From IMG/VR virus record IMGVR_UViG_3300011116_000922, positions 32,001 to 96,000 of that record: 64,000 nucleotides of DNA; one strand, given 5' to 3'. Positions 30,645 through 39,791 of the stretch are shown in pieces. This stretch comes from a virus. Each line of letters begins with the position of its first letter. Position 1 is the first letter of the stretch. A program made the translations under genes and the position numbers. The notes beneath the pieces were generated by a model. The model made no database searches. It was not told the origin of the DNA and worked only from the letters and a program-made list of their open reading frames with translations.

Positions 30645-31492
30645 AATCAGTAGTAATACCAACTAGAAATGATAACTATGGTTATTTTTTGACAGAAAGA
30701 ACCATTCAGTGCTTGAACAATATGGTGTCGAATTTCGATGAGGTGATAGTTGTTGATTGGAATTCGCCTGATGGTGTTCCTGCTATACGGCAAGCCATAA
30801 ACTCCATTCAGAAAACCGGGAAAATTCGGTGTATTGTTGTTCCAAAAGAAGTAGTGGAAAAACATATTCCGCATGATACAAATCCGTGTTGTGATGTGAT
30901 TGCACGGAATGTGGGAATACAGCGGGCAAGAAGCGACTGGATTCTGTCTTCAAATATTGATATATTGTGTTCGCCTTTTGACGAACGCTCTTTGTCTTCC
31001 GACACCATGTATACATCTGCGAAATATACAGTTCCCGAACATGTACATCTGCTTCACACTCTTCCTATGAGTAATGATGACAAGATGATGTTTTTGAAAA
31101 ATAACAAACAACATTTTCCGAGGATGGAACTGTGTGCAAATAGTATTCACCATAGGGATGATGTGTATTCCTTATGCACGGGATGTGGGGATTTTCAACT
31201 TGCACACCGTGATCTTTGGAATGCCATTCGTGGATATGAAGAAGCACTGCATAAGAGAGATTATGCTGACACCAATGTTCAGGTTAAGGCAGCAAACCAT
31301 CCATCTAAAAAAATCAGTCTTTTGGATGTTGATATTTTCCACATGAATCACGACACGAAGTGCCCATATTTAACAAAAGGCTCTTCTTTGGCAATGAACA
31401 AAAAGGAAGACGCTTTCGTCACCTATGCCACAACAGCCAACTCTGAAACATGGGGATTGGCTGACCACACCTTTGAGGAGATAGTGATCTGA
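30641..31492 (+). CDS. GT2-like glycosyltransferase
   Basis: RNDNYG, VVDWNS, ARNVGI.RA, NID, GDFQL and GYEE. Confidence 0.7.
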   Translation: MKSVVIPTRNDNYGYFLTERTIQCLNNMVSNFDEVIVVDWNSPDGVPAIRQAINSIQKTGKIRCIVVPKEVVEKHIPHDTNPCCDVIARNVGIQRARSDWILSSNIDILCSPFDERSLSSDTMYTSAKYTVPEHVHLLHTLPMSNDDKMMFLKNNKQHFPRMELCANSIHHRDDVYSLCTGCGDFQLAHRDLWNAIRGYEEALHKRDYADTNVQVKAANHPSKKISLLDVDIFHMNHDTKCPYLTKGSSLAMNKKEDAFVTYATTANSETWGLADHTFEEIVI

Positions 31493-31493
31493 C

Positions 31494-32393
31494 ATGAACA
31501 AGTATATTGTTACAACCACAATTCATCCCCCGACAGAAGCACTTATTCGTTTTTCAAAAATGAATGATTGGAAACTGATTGTGGTGGGAGACATGAAGAC
31601 TCCACACGAATCATACAGGGATGTGAATTGTTCGTATCTGCACCCGGAGTATCAGAGCGAAAGATACAAGAAATTGAGTGATGTTTTAGGATGGAATACT
31701 ATCACTCGTAGGAATATTGGATTTGTCGAAGCGTACAATTGTGGAGCAGACATCATAGCAACTGTAGATGACGACAACATTCCATACGATTTTTGGGGAA
31801 CCAATGTTGTTGTTGGAAAAGAAGTTTTGCTTGATGTGTACGATGCATCATCGGTTGGTGTGTTTGATGCTTTGAGTGTAACAAATCATTCTAATCTATG
31901 GCACCGAGGATTCCCTACCCAAAGACTAGAAGTCAAGAACAATGTAAAATATCTTGGCAAGCATATGGTAAAGATTGATGTTCAGGCAGACCTATGGGAC
32001 GGTCATCCCGATGTTGACGGTGTTTGCAGACTGATTCACAAGCCAGTTGTGAAATTCAATGTCACCGAGCCGTACACATCAAATACGATAACCCCGTTTA
32101 ATACTCAAAACACTTTCTTGAGCAGAGAAGCAATCAAGGTCTTTATGGATCTACCTTTCATTGGAAGAATGTCGGATATATGGGGAGCCTATGTGTTGCA
32201 GAAGAGAATGAAATGCAATGTTGCATTTTCTCCGGCATCGGTGTATCAGGATAGAAACTTGCAAGACACCGTGAACAATATTGTAGATGAGTTGATTGGA
32301 TACCGACATAGCCACAGTTTTGTTGATGGCAAATACGAATTGCCTGATAATGTCAAGACTGCGTATGATACATACTGTGAGTGCTTTGAATAA
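31494..32393 (+). CDS. STELLO/DUF288-like (GT75-related) glycosyltransferase
   Basis: VVGD.KTP, RRNIG..A, VDDDN, W.RGFP, PDVD, FN.QNT and R.SDIW. Confidence 0.75.
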   Translation: MNKYIVTTTIHPPTEALIRFSKMNDWKLIVVGDMKTPHESYRDVNCSYLHPEYQSERYKKLSDVLGWNTITRRNIGFVEAYNCGADIIATVDDDNIPYDFWGTNVVVGKEVLLDVYDASSVGVFDALSVTNHSNLWHRGFPTQRLEVKNNVKYLGKHMVKIDVQADLWDGHPDVDGVCRLIHKPVVKFNVTEPYTSNTITPFNTQNTFLSREAIKVFMDLPFIGRMSDIWGAYVLQKRMKCNVAFSPASVYQDRNLQDTVNNIVDELIGYRHSHSFVDGKYELPDNVKTAYDTYCECFE

Positions 32394-32403
32394 GGAGAAT
32401 ATT

Positions 32404-33381
32404 ATGAAGAAAGCATTGGTTCTTGGTGGTGGTGGATTCATCGGATCACATCTTGTCAACCGTCTTAAGCGCGAAGGATTTTGGGTACGAGCGGTTGATC
32501 TAAAGTATCCCGAGTACGCAAAAACACAAGCAGACGATTTTGTCCAAGGCGATTTGCGTTCGCAGAGTCTGTGTGATTATGTGTTCGATCAGCAATTTGA
32601 TGAAGTGTATCAGTTGGCTGCTGACATGGGTGGCGCGGGTTATATTTTCACTGGTGAGAACGATGCAAATGTGATGCACAACTCTGCACTCATCAATCTA
32701 AATGTTGTTGAGAAGTGCCATGAAACAAAAGCAGGAAAGGTGTTCTATTCCTCCTCTGCCTGCATGTATCCTGCTCACAACCAAGAAGATCCCGACAATC
32801 CAAAGTGTTCCGAGGATTCTGCGTATCCTGCTGCTCCCGATAGCGAATACGGTTGGGAAAAACTTTTCAGCGAAAGACTGTTTTTGGCGTATGCTAGAAA
32901 TCATGGTCTGAATGTCAAAGTTGCCCGATTCCACAATGTCTTTGGGATTGAAGGGTCATGGGACAACGGAAAGGAAAAGGCTCCTGCTGCTGTTTGTCGC
33001 AAGGTTGCAGAAGCAGAAGACGGAACCCATATCGAAATTTGGGGTGACGGAAAACAGACTCGTTCTTTCATGTATGTTGACGAGTGCCTTGAGGCAGTTC
33101 GTAGGTTCATGGATTCGGAGTTTTCTGGTCCTGTCAATATTGGAACCGAAGAAATGATCGCTATCAACGATCTTGCAGAGATGGTGATTCGTATCTCTGG
33201 AAAGAATCTAACCATCAAAAATATTCCCGGCCCAATTGGTGTGCGTGGCAGAAACTCTGATAACAAACTGTACAGAGAGAAGATTGGTTGGGAATCGAAG
33301 AAGACCCTTGAAGAAGGAATAACAACCACATTTGCTTGGATCAATGAGCAAGTAAAAGCCAAGAAGATGATGGCGGTTTAA
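32404..33381 (+). CDS. GDP-mannose 3,5-epimerase-like extended SDR
   Basis: LAADMGGAG.I, SSAC.YP, YGWEK, RFHN, EKAPAA.CRK and GVRGRNSDN. Confidence 0.85.
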   Translation: MKKALVLGGGGFIGSHLVNRLKREGFWVRAVDLKYPEYAKTQADDFVQGDLRSQSLCDYVFDQQFDEVYQLAADMGGAGYIFTGENDANVMHNSALINLNVVEKCHETKAGKVFYSSSACMYPAHNQEDPDNPKCSEDSAYPAAPDSEYGWEKLFSERLFLAYARNHGLNVKVARFHNVFGIEGSWDNGKEKAPAAVCRKVAEAEDGTHIEIWGDGKQTRSFMYVDECLEAVRRFMDSEFSGPVNIGTEEMIAINDLAEMVIRISGKNLTIKNIPGPIGVRGRNSDNKLYREKIGWESKKTLEEGITTTFAWINEQVKAKKMMAV

Positions 33382-33382
33382 C

Positions 33383-34399
33383 ATGAATACAAAGACATCT
33401 CTGACCGTTGGATTCTATTCCAACCAACTGTGTGTTCGTGGCACAGAAGTTGCCATGTATGATTATGCCCACTACAATGAAACTCTGTTGGGAAACAAGT
33501 CTGTAATTTTCTATAACGAGGACTCGCCCAACAACGATTCTAATGCTGTAGAAAAATTTCGTGCTAGGTTTCCGGTTGTTGGATTGCGGGGAGCCTTTTC
33601 TAGCGGTGCAAGAAGCGCAAACGGAAATACTGTAAACGCTCTACTGAATGATGCGATTTTATCAAATAATATTGATGCCATTTACATCATCAAAAACGGA
33701 GAAAAGAGTGACGGTATTTTACCCACTGCTTGCAAAACTCTTGTTCATGCAATAGGAACTCCCGATCCAAGTGAAAAGCACGGAGACAGATATGCTTATG
33801 GATCGTATTGGTTGAGCGAGGAGTTTTCAAAAAACACCATTCCTGCCGTTCCATATATGATAGACCTTCCCGAAGAAACCGGGAACTTGAGGAGCGAATT
33901 AGGGATACCGGAAGACGCTGTGGTGTTTGGAAGAAACGGCGGAAACGATACTTTTGATCTTCCTTGGGCAAAACAAGTTGTAGCAGAAGTTGTTAATCGG
34001 GTATCAGACTCTTATTTTATATTTCAAAACACCGACAAGTTCTACGATCATCCAAGGGTGATTCATCTTCCCAAAAATGCAGACATGAAATACAAGGTGA
34101 AGTTTATAAATTCGTGTGATGCAATGCTACATTGTCGTTACATTGGCGAAAGTTTTGGTTTGTCTTGCGGAGAATTCTCTGTTCGAAACAAACCAGTAAT
34201 CACATGGAACGGCTCTCCACAGAGAAATCACATATTTGTGTTGGGGGACAAGGGCATATACTATGACACCGCACAGGAGTTGTTTGAAATACTAATGACA
34301 TTCGACAAACAAGATCCCGCTGTGGATTGGAATGCATATGCCGATTACTCTCCCGAAAAGGTAATGGGTGTATTCAAATCTGTTTATTTAGAAGAGTGA
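33383..34399 (+). CDS. GT4-like (GT-B) glycosyltransferase
   Basis: RGTEVAMYDYA, CDAMLH.R..GESFGL...E and KPVIT. Confidence 0.75.
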   Translation: MNTKTSLTVGFYSNQLCVRGTEVAMYDYAHYNETLLGNKSVIFYNEDSPNNDSNAVEKFRARFPVVGLRGAFSSGARSANGNTVNALLNDAILSNNIDAIYIIKNGEKSDGILPTACKTLVHAIGTPDPSEKHGDRYAYGSYWLSEEFSKNTIPAVPYMIDLPEETGNLRSELGIPEDAVVFGRNGGNDTFDLPWAKQVVAEVVNRVSDSYFIFQNTDKFYDHPRVIHLPKNADMKYKVKFINSCDAMLHCRYIGESFGLSCGEFSVRNKPVITWNGSPQRNHIFVLGDKGIYYDTAQELFEILMTFDKQDPAVDWNAYADYSPEKVMGVFKSVYLEE

Positions 34400-34428
34400 T
34401 TGACTTTTAATATCTACTGGAAAAAATA

Positions 34429-35054
34429 ATGGACAACAAACACAAATTATACGAGCAGATCCGGCGTTCTAATGTTAAGACCGTATTGGACATTGGTGCT
34501 AATGTTGGTCAGTTTGCGATGGAAATAAAAGCAAACTTTCCACACCTGTTTGTCGTTAGCATTGAACCAAATAGAGACTGTGAACCGTATTTGAAATCAT
34601 ACGGATTGAACTACATCATCTGTTGTCCATCTGATCGCAAAACTACTAAAAAATTCTATAGAACAAAAAATAATCGTGTTGGTACTGGGTTTTCTTTGTC
34701 AAAGAAAATACCTGTCATTATGATGGAGATAATCTAGTGGTCGAAGACATGCAAACCGACACTATGGATTCTATTTTAGATCAGAGTTGGCTTGGGAATC
34801 TGTCGTTTGATCTTATCAAATTAGACACTCAAGGAAGCGAACTTGACATCTTAAAAGGATGCCCCAAAACTATGTCCAATTGCAAAATGATTCTTGCAGA
34901 GACAGATGTTGGAAACTATAACCAAGGATGTCCTTCGCAGGCTGAAGTAATAGATTATCTATCGACAGTCGGATTCCGTGTTCTAGAAATAATAGAAGAC
35001 CAAGTATCAGACGGTAAAATTATTCAGCAAGACATATTGTTCATCAAGGACTAA
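34429..35054 (+). pseudogene. FkbM-family methyltransferase split by a -1 frameshift near 34700
   Basis: LDIGANVGQF in the first frame; KENTCHY...DLIKLDTQGSELDILKG in the -1 frame. Confidence 0.8.
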
Positions 35055-35057
35055 CAA

Positions 35058-35999
35058 ATGAAAATGCTAGTGACAGGTGGGGCGGGGTTTATTGGATCGA
35101 ATCTTGTTGATCGGCTAATTGCAGAGGGTCACGAAGTAGTAGTGATCGACAACGAGTCATCAGATTCTAACGAACAATTCTATTGGAATCCCACAGCACA
35201 GAACTATAAGTACGACATCAACGATTACACGATGGTACGCAAACTGTACGAGGGTGTGGACACTGTGTTCCACCTTGCTGCGGAAGCCCGTATTCAGCCG
35301 TGTATCGAAGATCCCGTAAAGGCTGTGGAAGCCAATATGCTTGGTACCGCTAGTGTGTTGCAGTGTTCCCGTGTATGTGGTGTGAAGCGGGTAATCTACT
35401 CGTCCACATCGTCTGCCTACGGACTCAAGAACACTCCTCCCCTTGTGGAAACCATGCCCAACGATTGCCTGAATCCGTATTCGGTCAGCAAGGTAGGCGG
35501 CGAGGAGTTGTGCAAGATGTACTCCAAACTGTACGGGTTGGAGACAATCGTATTCCGCTACTTTAATGTGTACGGAGAGCGTCAGCCCCTGCGTGGTCAG
35601 TACGCGCCAGTGATTGGTATTTTCCTGCGTCAACGAGCCGCAGGAGAACCCATGACGATTGTGGGTGATGGCGAACAACGCCGCGACTTTACCCATGTGA
35701 GTGATGTGGTGGAAGCCAACATCAAGGCATCACAGTTTACTGCCCCTGAATACAATGTCATAGACAACGGTTCGTGTCAGACCTACAGAGGATGGGAATG
35801 GGGTCAGGTGTACAATATTGGCACGGGAACCAACCATTCCGTGAATCAAATTGCTGAACTTATGGGAGGAGAAACTGTAAATATTCCTCCCCGCGCAGGC
35901 GAATCGCGTATCACTCTTGCAAACGCAAAAAAGGCACAAGAACATTTTGCGTGGACTGCGAAGATTCGTCTTGAAGATTGGATTGCCGAGCATAAATAA
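35058..35999 (+). CDS. NAD-dependent sugar epimerase (GalE/WbpP-like)
   Basis: TGGAGFIG, HLAA, YSVSK (YxxxK), RYFNVYG and GDGEQRRDF. Confidence 0.9.
   Translation: MKMLVTGGAGFIGSNLVDRLIAEGHEVVVIDNESSDSNEQFYWNPTAQNYKYDINDYTMVRKLYEGVDTVFHLAAEARIQPCIEDPVKAVEANMLGTASVLQCSRVCGVKRVIYSSTSSAYGLKNTPPLVETMPNDCLNPYSVSKVGGEELCKMYSKLYGLETIVFRYFNVYGERQPLRGQYAPVIGIFLRQRAAGEPMTIVGDGEQRRDFTHVSDVVEANIKASQFTAPEYNVIDNGSCQTYRGWEWGQVYNIGTGTNHSVNQIAELMGGETVNIPPRAGESRITLANAKKAQEHFAWTAKIRLEDWIAEHK
35991..35998 (+). promoter_or_regulatory. Putative late promoter (CATAAATA)
   Basis: Late box upstream of the RBS of the GT2-TPR gene. Confidence 0.55.
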
Positions 36000-36018
36000 C
36001 GGTACAAGGAGATCGTGA

Positions 36019-37260
36019 ATGTCTACAGTATGCCTGTCAATGATCGTCAAAAACGAAATGCATATCATCCAAGAGTGCTTTGATTCTGTCTATAAGTACA
36101 TCGACTACTGGGTGATTGTTGATACTGGTTCCACCGATGGAACACAGGAATTCATCAAGAAGTACTTTGCCGAGAAGGGCATTCCCGGAGAACTGATTGA
36201 GCGTCCGTGGGTGGGTTTCGGTCACAACCGCAGCGAAGCCCTTGATCTCTGCACAGGCAAGGCAGACTACGCTTGGATGATTGATGCGGACGACAAGATT
36301 GTTGGCGACTTCAAGTTTCCAAACAACAAGAACCTGACGGTTGATGCGTATGCCCTGAAGTGCGGACGCGACCAGTGCATTTGGTGGCGCAACCAAATCT
36401 TCAAGACAGGAATTGGTTGGAAGTATGTTGGTATTCTCCATGAGTACGCACACTGCGAAAAGCAGCCTCTTGTTCAGGAAAAGATTGACGGCAACTACCA
36501 CCTAGAGGCTCGTACACTAGGAGCGCGTAATGTCAACATCACACCCGTTGAAAAGTACTCCAAGGACGCAGAACTTCTGCTTGAAGCCCTCAAGACTGAA
36601 CCGGGCAATACCCGTTACCAGTTTTATCTTGCTCAGTCTTACTTTGATTCTCAGCAGTGGGACAAGGCTACAGAAGCGTATTACAAGCGCGTGGAGATGG
36701 GCGGTTGGGAAGAGGAGTGCTACTACTCGCTGTTCCGAGTTGCCCTGATTGCTATGGCACAGGAAAAGGAGTGGCCCGTCATTCAGCAGAAACTGCTTGA
36801 TGCCTACGACTACCGTCCGTGCCGTGCTGAACCCCTCCATGCCATTGCGCGTACCCTACGCATGATGGGTCGCCCTCGCGCTGCGTATATGTTTGCCAAG
36901 GAAGCAGCCAACATTCCGTTCCCGCAGCAAGACATCCTGTTCATTGACACCAATGTGTACACTTGGATGGCACTGGACGAACTTGCGGCTACTGCCTTCT
37001 ATGTGCATGACTACAAGAACGGCTTTGCTGCTGCGGATTTCCTGCTCAAGCAGAACCGCCTTCCCCCAACGGAAATTCAGCGCGTTCAGCAGAACCACGC
37101 TGCGTACCGTGACAAACTGGAAGAAGTGCAGCGTATGCAGACCGGACAGCCGGGACAGTTCCCCATTCCCGCAATCCCCGCCGTTCCGCCTCCAGTAGTG
37201 CAACAAAAAATTGCCTACATACCTCCTAGAGCGAACCGCTTTAAGACGAGGAAAAAGTAA
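36019..37260 (+). CDS. GT2 glycosyltransferase with C-terminal TPR repeats
   Basis: CLSMIVKNE, VDTGSTDGT, IDADD and LHE; TPR-like RYQFYLAQSYFD and RAEPL. Confidence 0.9.
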   Translation: MSTVCLSMIVKNEMHIIQECFDSVYKYIDYWVIVDTGSTDGTQEFIKKYFAEKGIPGELIERPWVGFGHNRSEALDLCTGKADYAWMIDADDKIVGDFKFPNNKNLTVDAYALKCGRDQCIWWRNQIFKTGIGWKYVGILHEYAHCEKQPLVQEKIDGNYHLEARTLGARNVNITPVEKYSKDAELLLEALKTEPGNTRYQFYLAQSYFDSQQWDKATEAYYKRVEMGGWEEECYYSLFRVALIAMAQEKEWPVIQQKLLDAYDYRPCRAEPLHAIARTLRMMGRPRAAYMFAKEAANIPFPQQDILFIDTNVYTWMALDELAATAFYVHDYKNGFAAADFLLKQNRLPPTEIQRVQQNHAAYRDKLEEVQRMQTGQPGQFPIPAIPAVPPPVVQQKIAYIPPRANRFKTRKK

Positions 37261-37718
37261 TGGCATCAGCAAATTACGATATCTATGTAAAGCAGGACGA
37301 AACCTTTAATTTCCATATTGAGTATTACGATACCAATGGAAACGCCGTGGATGTTTCTTCGTACACAGGTACTCGTTTTCAGGTGCGTCCAAACACGGGC
37401 AGCATCTACAAGTACCTTGATGCCACCATTTCGGGAGTCACCGGAGGCGGTTACACTGGTGATTGGCTAGCAGGAGTCACCATGAAGAACGGCATTACAT
37501 GGGTTTCTTCGGGTGTCAAGGGCACAGGCGGAATATATCTGAATGCGGGAGAAACCGCAGGAGCGTTCACGGGCGGCATCCGCCTCACCGTGGACTACAC
37601 CACGATGGGAAATGTCCCGGTGGGTACATGGGTCTACGGATTGGACTTGGTGCAGGGCATCACCGTAAACGAACTCCTTACGGGTCGATTTGTTGTCAGC
37701 GATAAGGTGGTTCGATGA
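37260..37718 (+). CDS. Probable virion structural protein
   Basis: YDIYVKQ..TF...DVSSYTG.RFQVR...YGLDL...LL.G beta-sandwich pattern common in T4-like structural modules. Confidence 0.55.
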   Translation: MASANYDIYVKQDETFNFHIEYYDTNGNAVDVSSYTGTRFQVRPNTGSIYKYLDATISGVTGGGYTGDWLAGVTMKNGITWVSSGVKGTGGIYLNAGETAGAFTGGIRLTVDYTTMGNVPVGTWVYGLDLVQGITVNELLTGRFVVSDKVVR

Positions 37719-37951
37719 AAATAAAAATCAAGGAAGTTTCATATGTTACTCCCGCTAACTATGACGGACGAGTCAAGCGGAAGAACAACAAGATGCTTCT
37801 CAAGGCTCCTGATATTTTGATTCTGCGCCCCAAGCCCAGTGGGCTAGTCATAAATTCCAAAAAAAATACTCGCGTCTACAAAGAAGACAGCGTGGACGGA
37901 ATAGTACTACAGGCATCCATCCACACTGTAATGTACAAACAAAACCCTTGA
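37715..37951 (+). CDS. Small basic hypothetical protein
   Basis: ATGA overlap with the upstream gene. Confidence 0.5.
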   Translation: MKIKIKEVSYVTPANYDGRVKRKNNKMLLKAPDILILRPKPSGLVINSKKNTRVYKEDSVDGIVLQASIHTVMYKQNP

Positions 37952-37975
37952 CAGCCGCCTGACATCGTGTACACT
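37948..37975 (+). promoter_or_regulatory. Sigma70-like promoter upstream of dUTPase
   Basis: TTGACA-N16-TACACT; flanks closely resemble the uvsY promoter. Confidence 0.7.
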
Positions 37976-37994
37976 CCTCACAGGAGATTTTATT

Positions 37995-38570
37995 ATGGAA
38001 CTAGTAGAAACACTCGGCTTTTATTGCATTCCTGAAACTGGTGCAACCGTACCGCAGTTTGCCACAGACGGCTCTGCGTGTTTTGACATCTGTGTGCGCT
38101 TCCACCCTGATCCCGAAAACTCGGACGAGCAGTGGGGGGCATACAAGCCCGTGACCGCGTATGGTCCGCAGAATGTCAAGATGGAAATCTATCCCAACCA
38201 AGGCTGCTTGGATATTCCGCCCGGATGGCGGTTCCTGCTGCCCACGGGACTGATCCTAGACATTCCCACAGGCTTCTCCGTGCGCCTCCATGCCCGTAGC
38301 GGCATGGCACTCAAGGAAGGCTTCATGCTGTCCAACGCAGAGGGCGTGATTGATTCAGACTACACCGATGAACTCAAGGTAATGGTGTCCACGCAGAGTT
38401 CGTGTCTTGTCAGCATCCCCAACGGTGCGCGGATCTGCCAAGCGGAACTTGTACGGAACCAACCCACCAAACTGGAACAGATTGATTCCCCTCCGCAAAA
38501 GAAGACCCAACGCGAAGGCGGATTCGGCAGCACCGGACTGTATACTTTTGACGCAAATATGGGAGACTAA
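37995..38570 (+). CDS. dut: Trimeric dUTPase
   Basis: SACFD, RSG, GVIDSDY, RICQ and REGGFGSTG. Confidence 0.93.
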   Translation: MELVETLGFYCIPETGATVPQFATDGSACFDICVRFHPDPENSDEQWGAYKPVTAYGPQNVKMEIYPNQGCLDIPPGWRFLLPTGLILDIPTGFSVRLHARSGMALKEGFMLSNAEGVIDSDYTDELKVMVSTQSSCLVSIPNGARICQAELVRNQPTKLEQIDSPPQKKTQREGGFGSTGLYTFDANMGD

Positions 38571-38630
38571 ACTAAATATTTGTCTATCAGTCTAACTACT
38601 ACAGAGTCTACATACTTTGGAGGAGTTACG

Positions 38631-39230
38631 ATGGCAAAACGCATTCAATCAAGAGTGTATCGTAAAATATACGAAGACTTTCATGGTGTCAAAATCCCAA
38701 AGGGATATCATATACACCACATTGATGGAAATAGGTCAAACAACCATCCACAAAATTTGAAAATGCTGACTCCCGAAGAACACCACCAATTACACTTGCA
38801 ACAGGGTGATTCCGTTGCTTGTCGTAGTAAGTTTATACAAGGAGCAGGTTCCGCAGGAAAAATTGGTGGATCGGTTAGAAGTGAGCGAAAGATAAACGCC
38901 TCCTCCGAAAACTTGAAACGAGGAAGGCGTGCGGATTTGGGCGCACAAGCATCTATCGAATCAAGACGAAAAAGCAAAACCTTCTTCTTTTCGGATGAAT
39001 ATCAGAATTCACTACATTCAAAAATGAAAGATAAAGCGATTGGACCATATAGCGAGGCTCAAAGAAATGCCATGCGCGAAATGGGTAAAACCAAAGGTAA
39101 GCGACCAGTATTTCATAACAAGATTTGGAATAGTTCATACGAAGCAAGCATTGATACGGATTTACCCGCAAGCACGATACGGTATCGTTGCAGAAACAAC
39201 ACTTTAGGATGGAGATACGAAGATGAATGA
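38631..39230 (+). mobile_element. Free-standing HNH homing endonuclease
   Basis: HIHHIDGNRSNNHPQNL...EHHQLH; GGAGGAG RBS; AT-richer than flanks. Confidence 0.85.
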
Positions 39231-39567
39231 TTACAAAATGACCCGTGACGAACTACTTGCATTTCACGAAGAACTTTGCAAGCAAGCAAGAGAACTGATG
39301 AATCTGAAGAATCGGGACTATGCAGGTGGTGAGGGTCTTGAGCCGTTTGCAAACTTTACCCGTGTTGAGGCAATGGGTATTTGCAAAACCGAGGCTGGTA
39401 TGCTTGTGCGCCTCACGGACAAGATGAGCCGCCTGTCGTCTTTTGTTCGCGCTGGTAAGATGAATGTCAAGGACGAGTCCTTCATGGACACCTGCGTGGA
39501 TGTCATCAACTACATGGTGCTGCTTGCTGCGTATCTGAAGGAACAGGAAGAAAAGAAGGCAAAGTGA
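39223..39567 (+). CDS. DUF1599 / nucleotide-modification-associated domain 1 (MazG-like) protein
   Basis: KNRDYA, ANF, VRLTDKMSRL and ES..DT..D..NY. Confidence 0.7.
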   Translation: MNDYKMTRDELLAFHEELCKQARELMNLKNRDYAGGEGLEPFANFTRVEAMGICKTEAGMLVRLTDKMSRLSSFVRAGKMNVKDESFMDTCVDVINYMVLLAAYLKEQEEKKAK

Positions 39568-39791
39568 TCCACGAATTTCGCAATCCCCTGCCTGTGGTTA
39601 CCCCAATGGGGGACGGCTACGCCATTTATGTGCGGGACGGCGGAACATGGGAAAATGATATATTTGCGGTGGTTATGTGCCACGGCGGTCAAATATTTCA
39701 TTTCACAAGCAGCCAAATCCGTGTTTTCAAAAATGGAACTTTGGGGATTGTGGTTGACACACAGCCGCCATCGGGTATTATAGAGGCATGA
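39564..39791 (+). CDS. Small hypothetical protein
   Basis: Coupled at both ends (GTGA and ATGA overlaps). Confidence 0.6.
   Translation: MIHEFRNPLPVVTPMGDGYAIYVRDGGTWENDIFAVVMCHGGQIFHFTSSQIRVFKNGTLGIVVDTQPPSGIIEA
39754..39781 (+). promoter_or_regulatory. Sigma70-like promoter for uvsE
   Basis: TTGACA-N16-TATTAT, 6 nt before the ATG. Confidence 0.55.

Noticed and set aside
20618-37260. Island as a T4-style DNA glucosylation or O-antigen conversion locus
   Set aside because: No hydroxymethylase or membrane flippase/polymerase is visible and ThyX/dUTPase point to ordinary pyrimidines; not excluded for the rest of the genome
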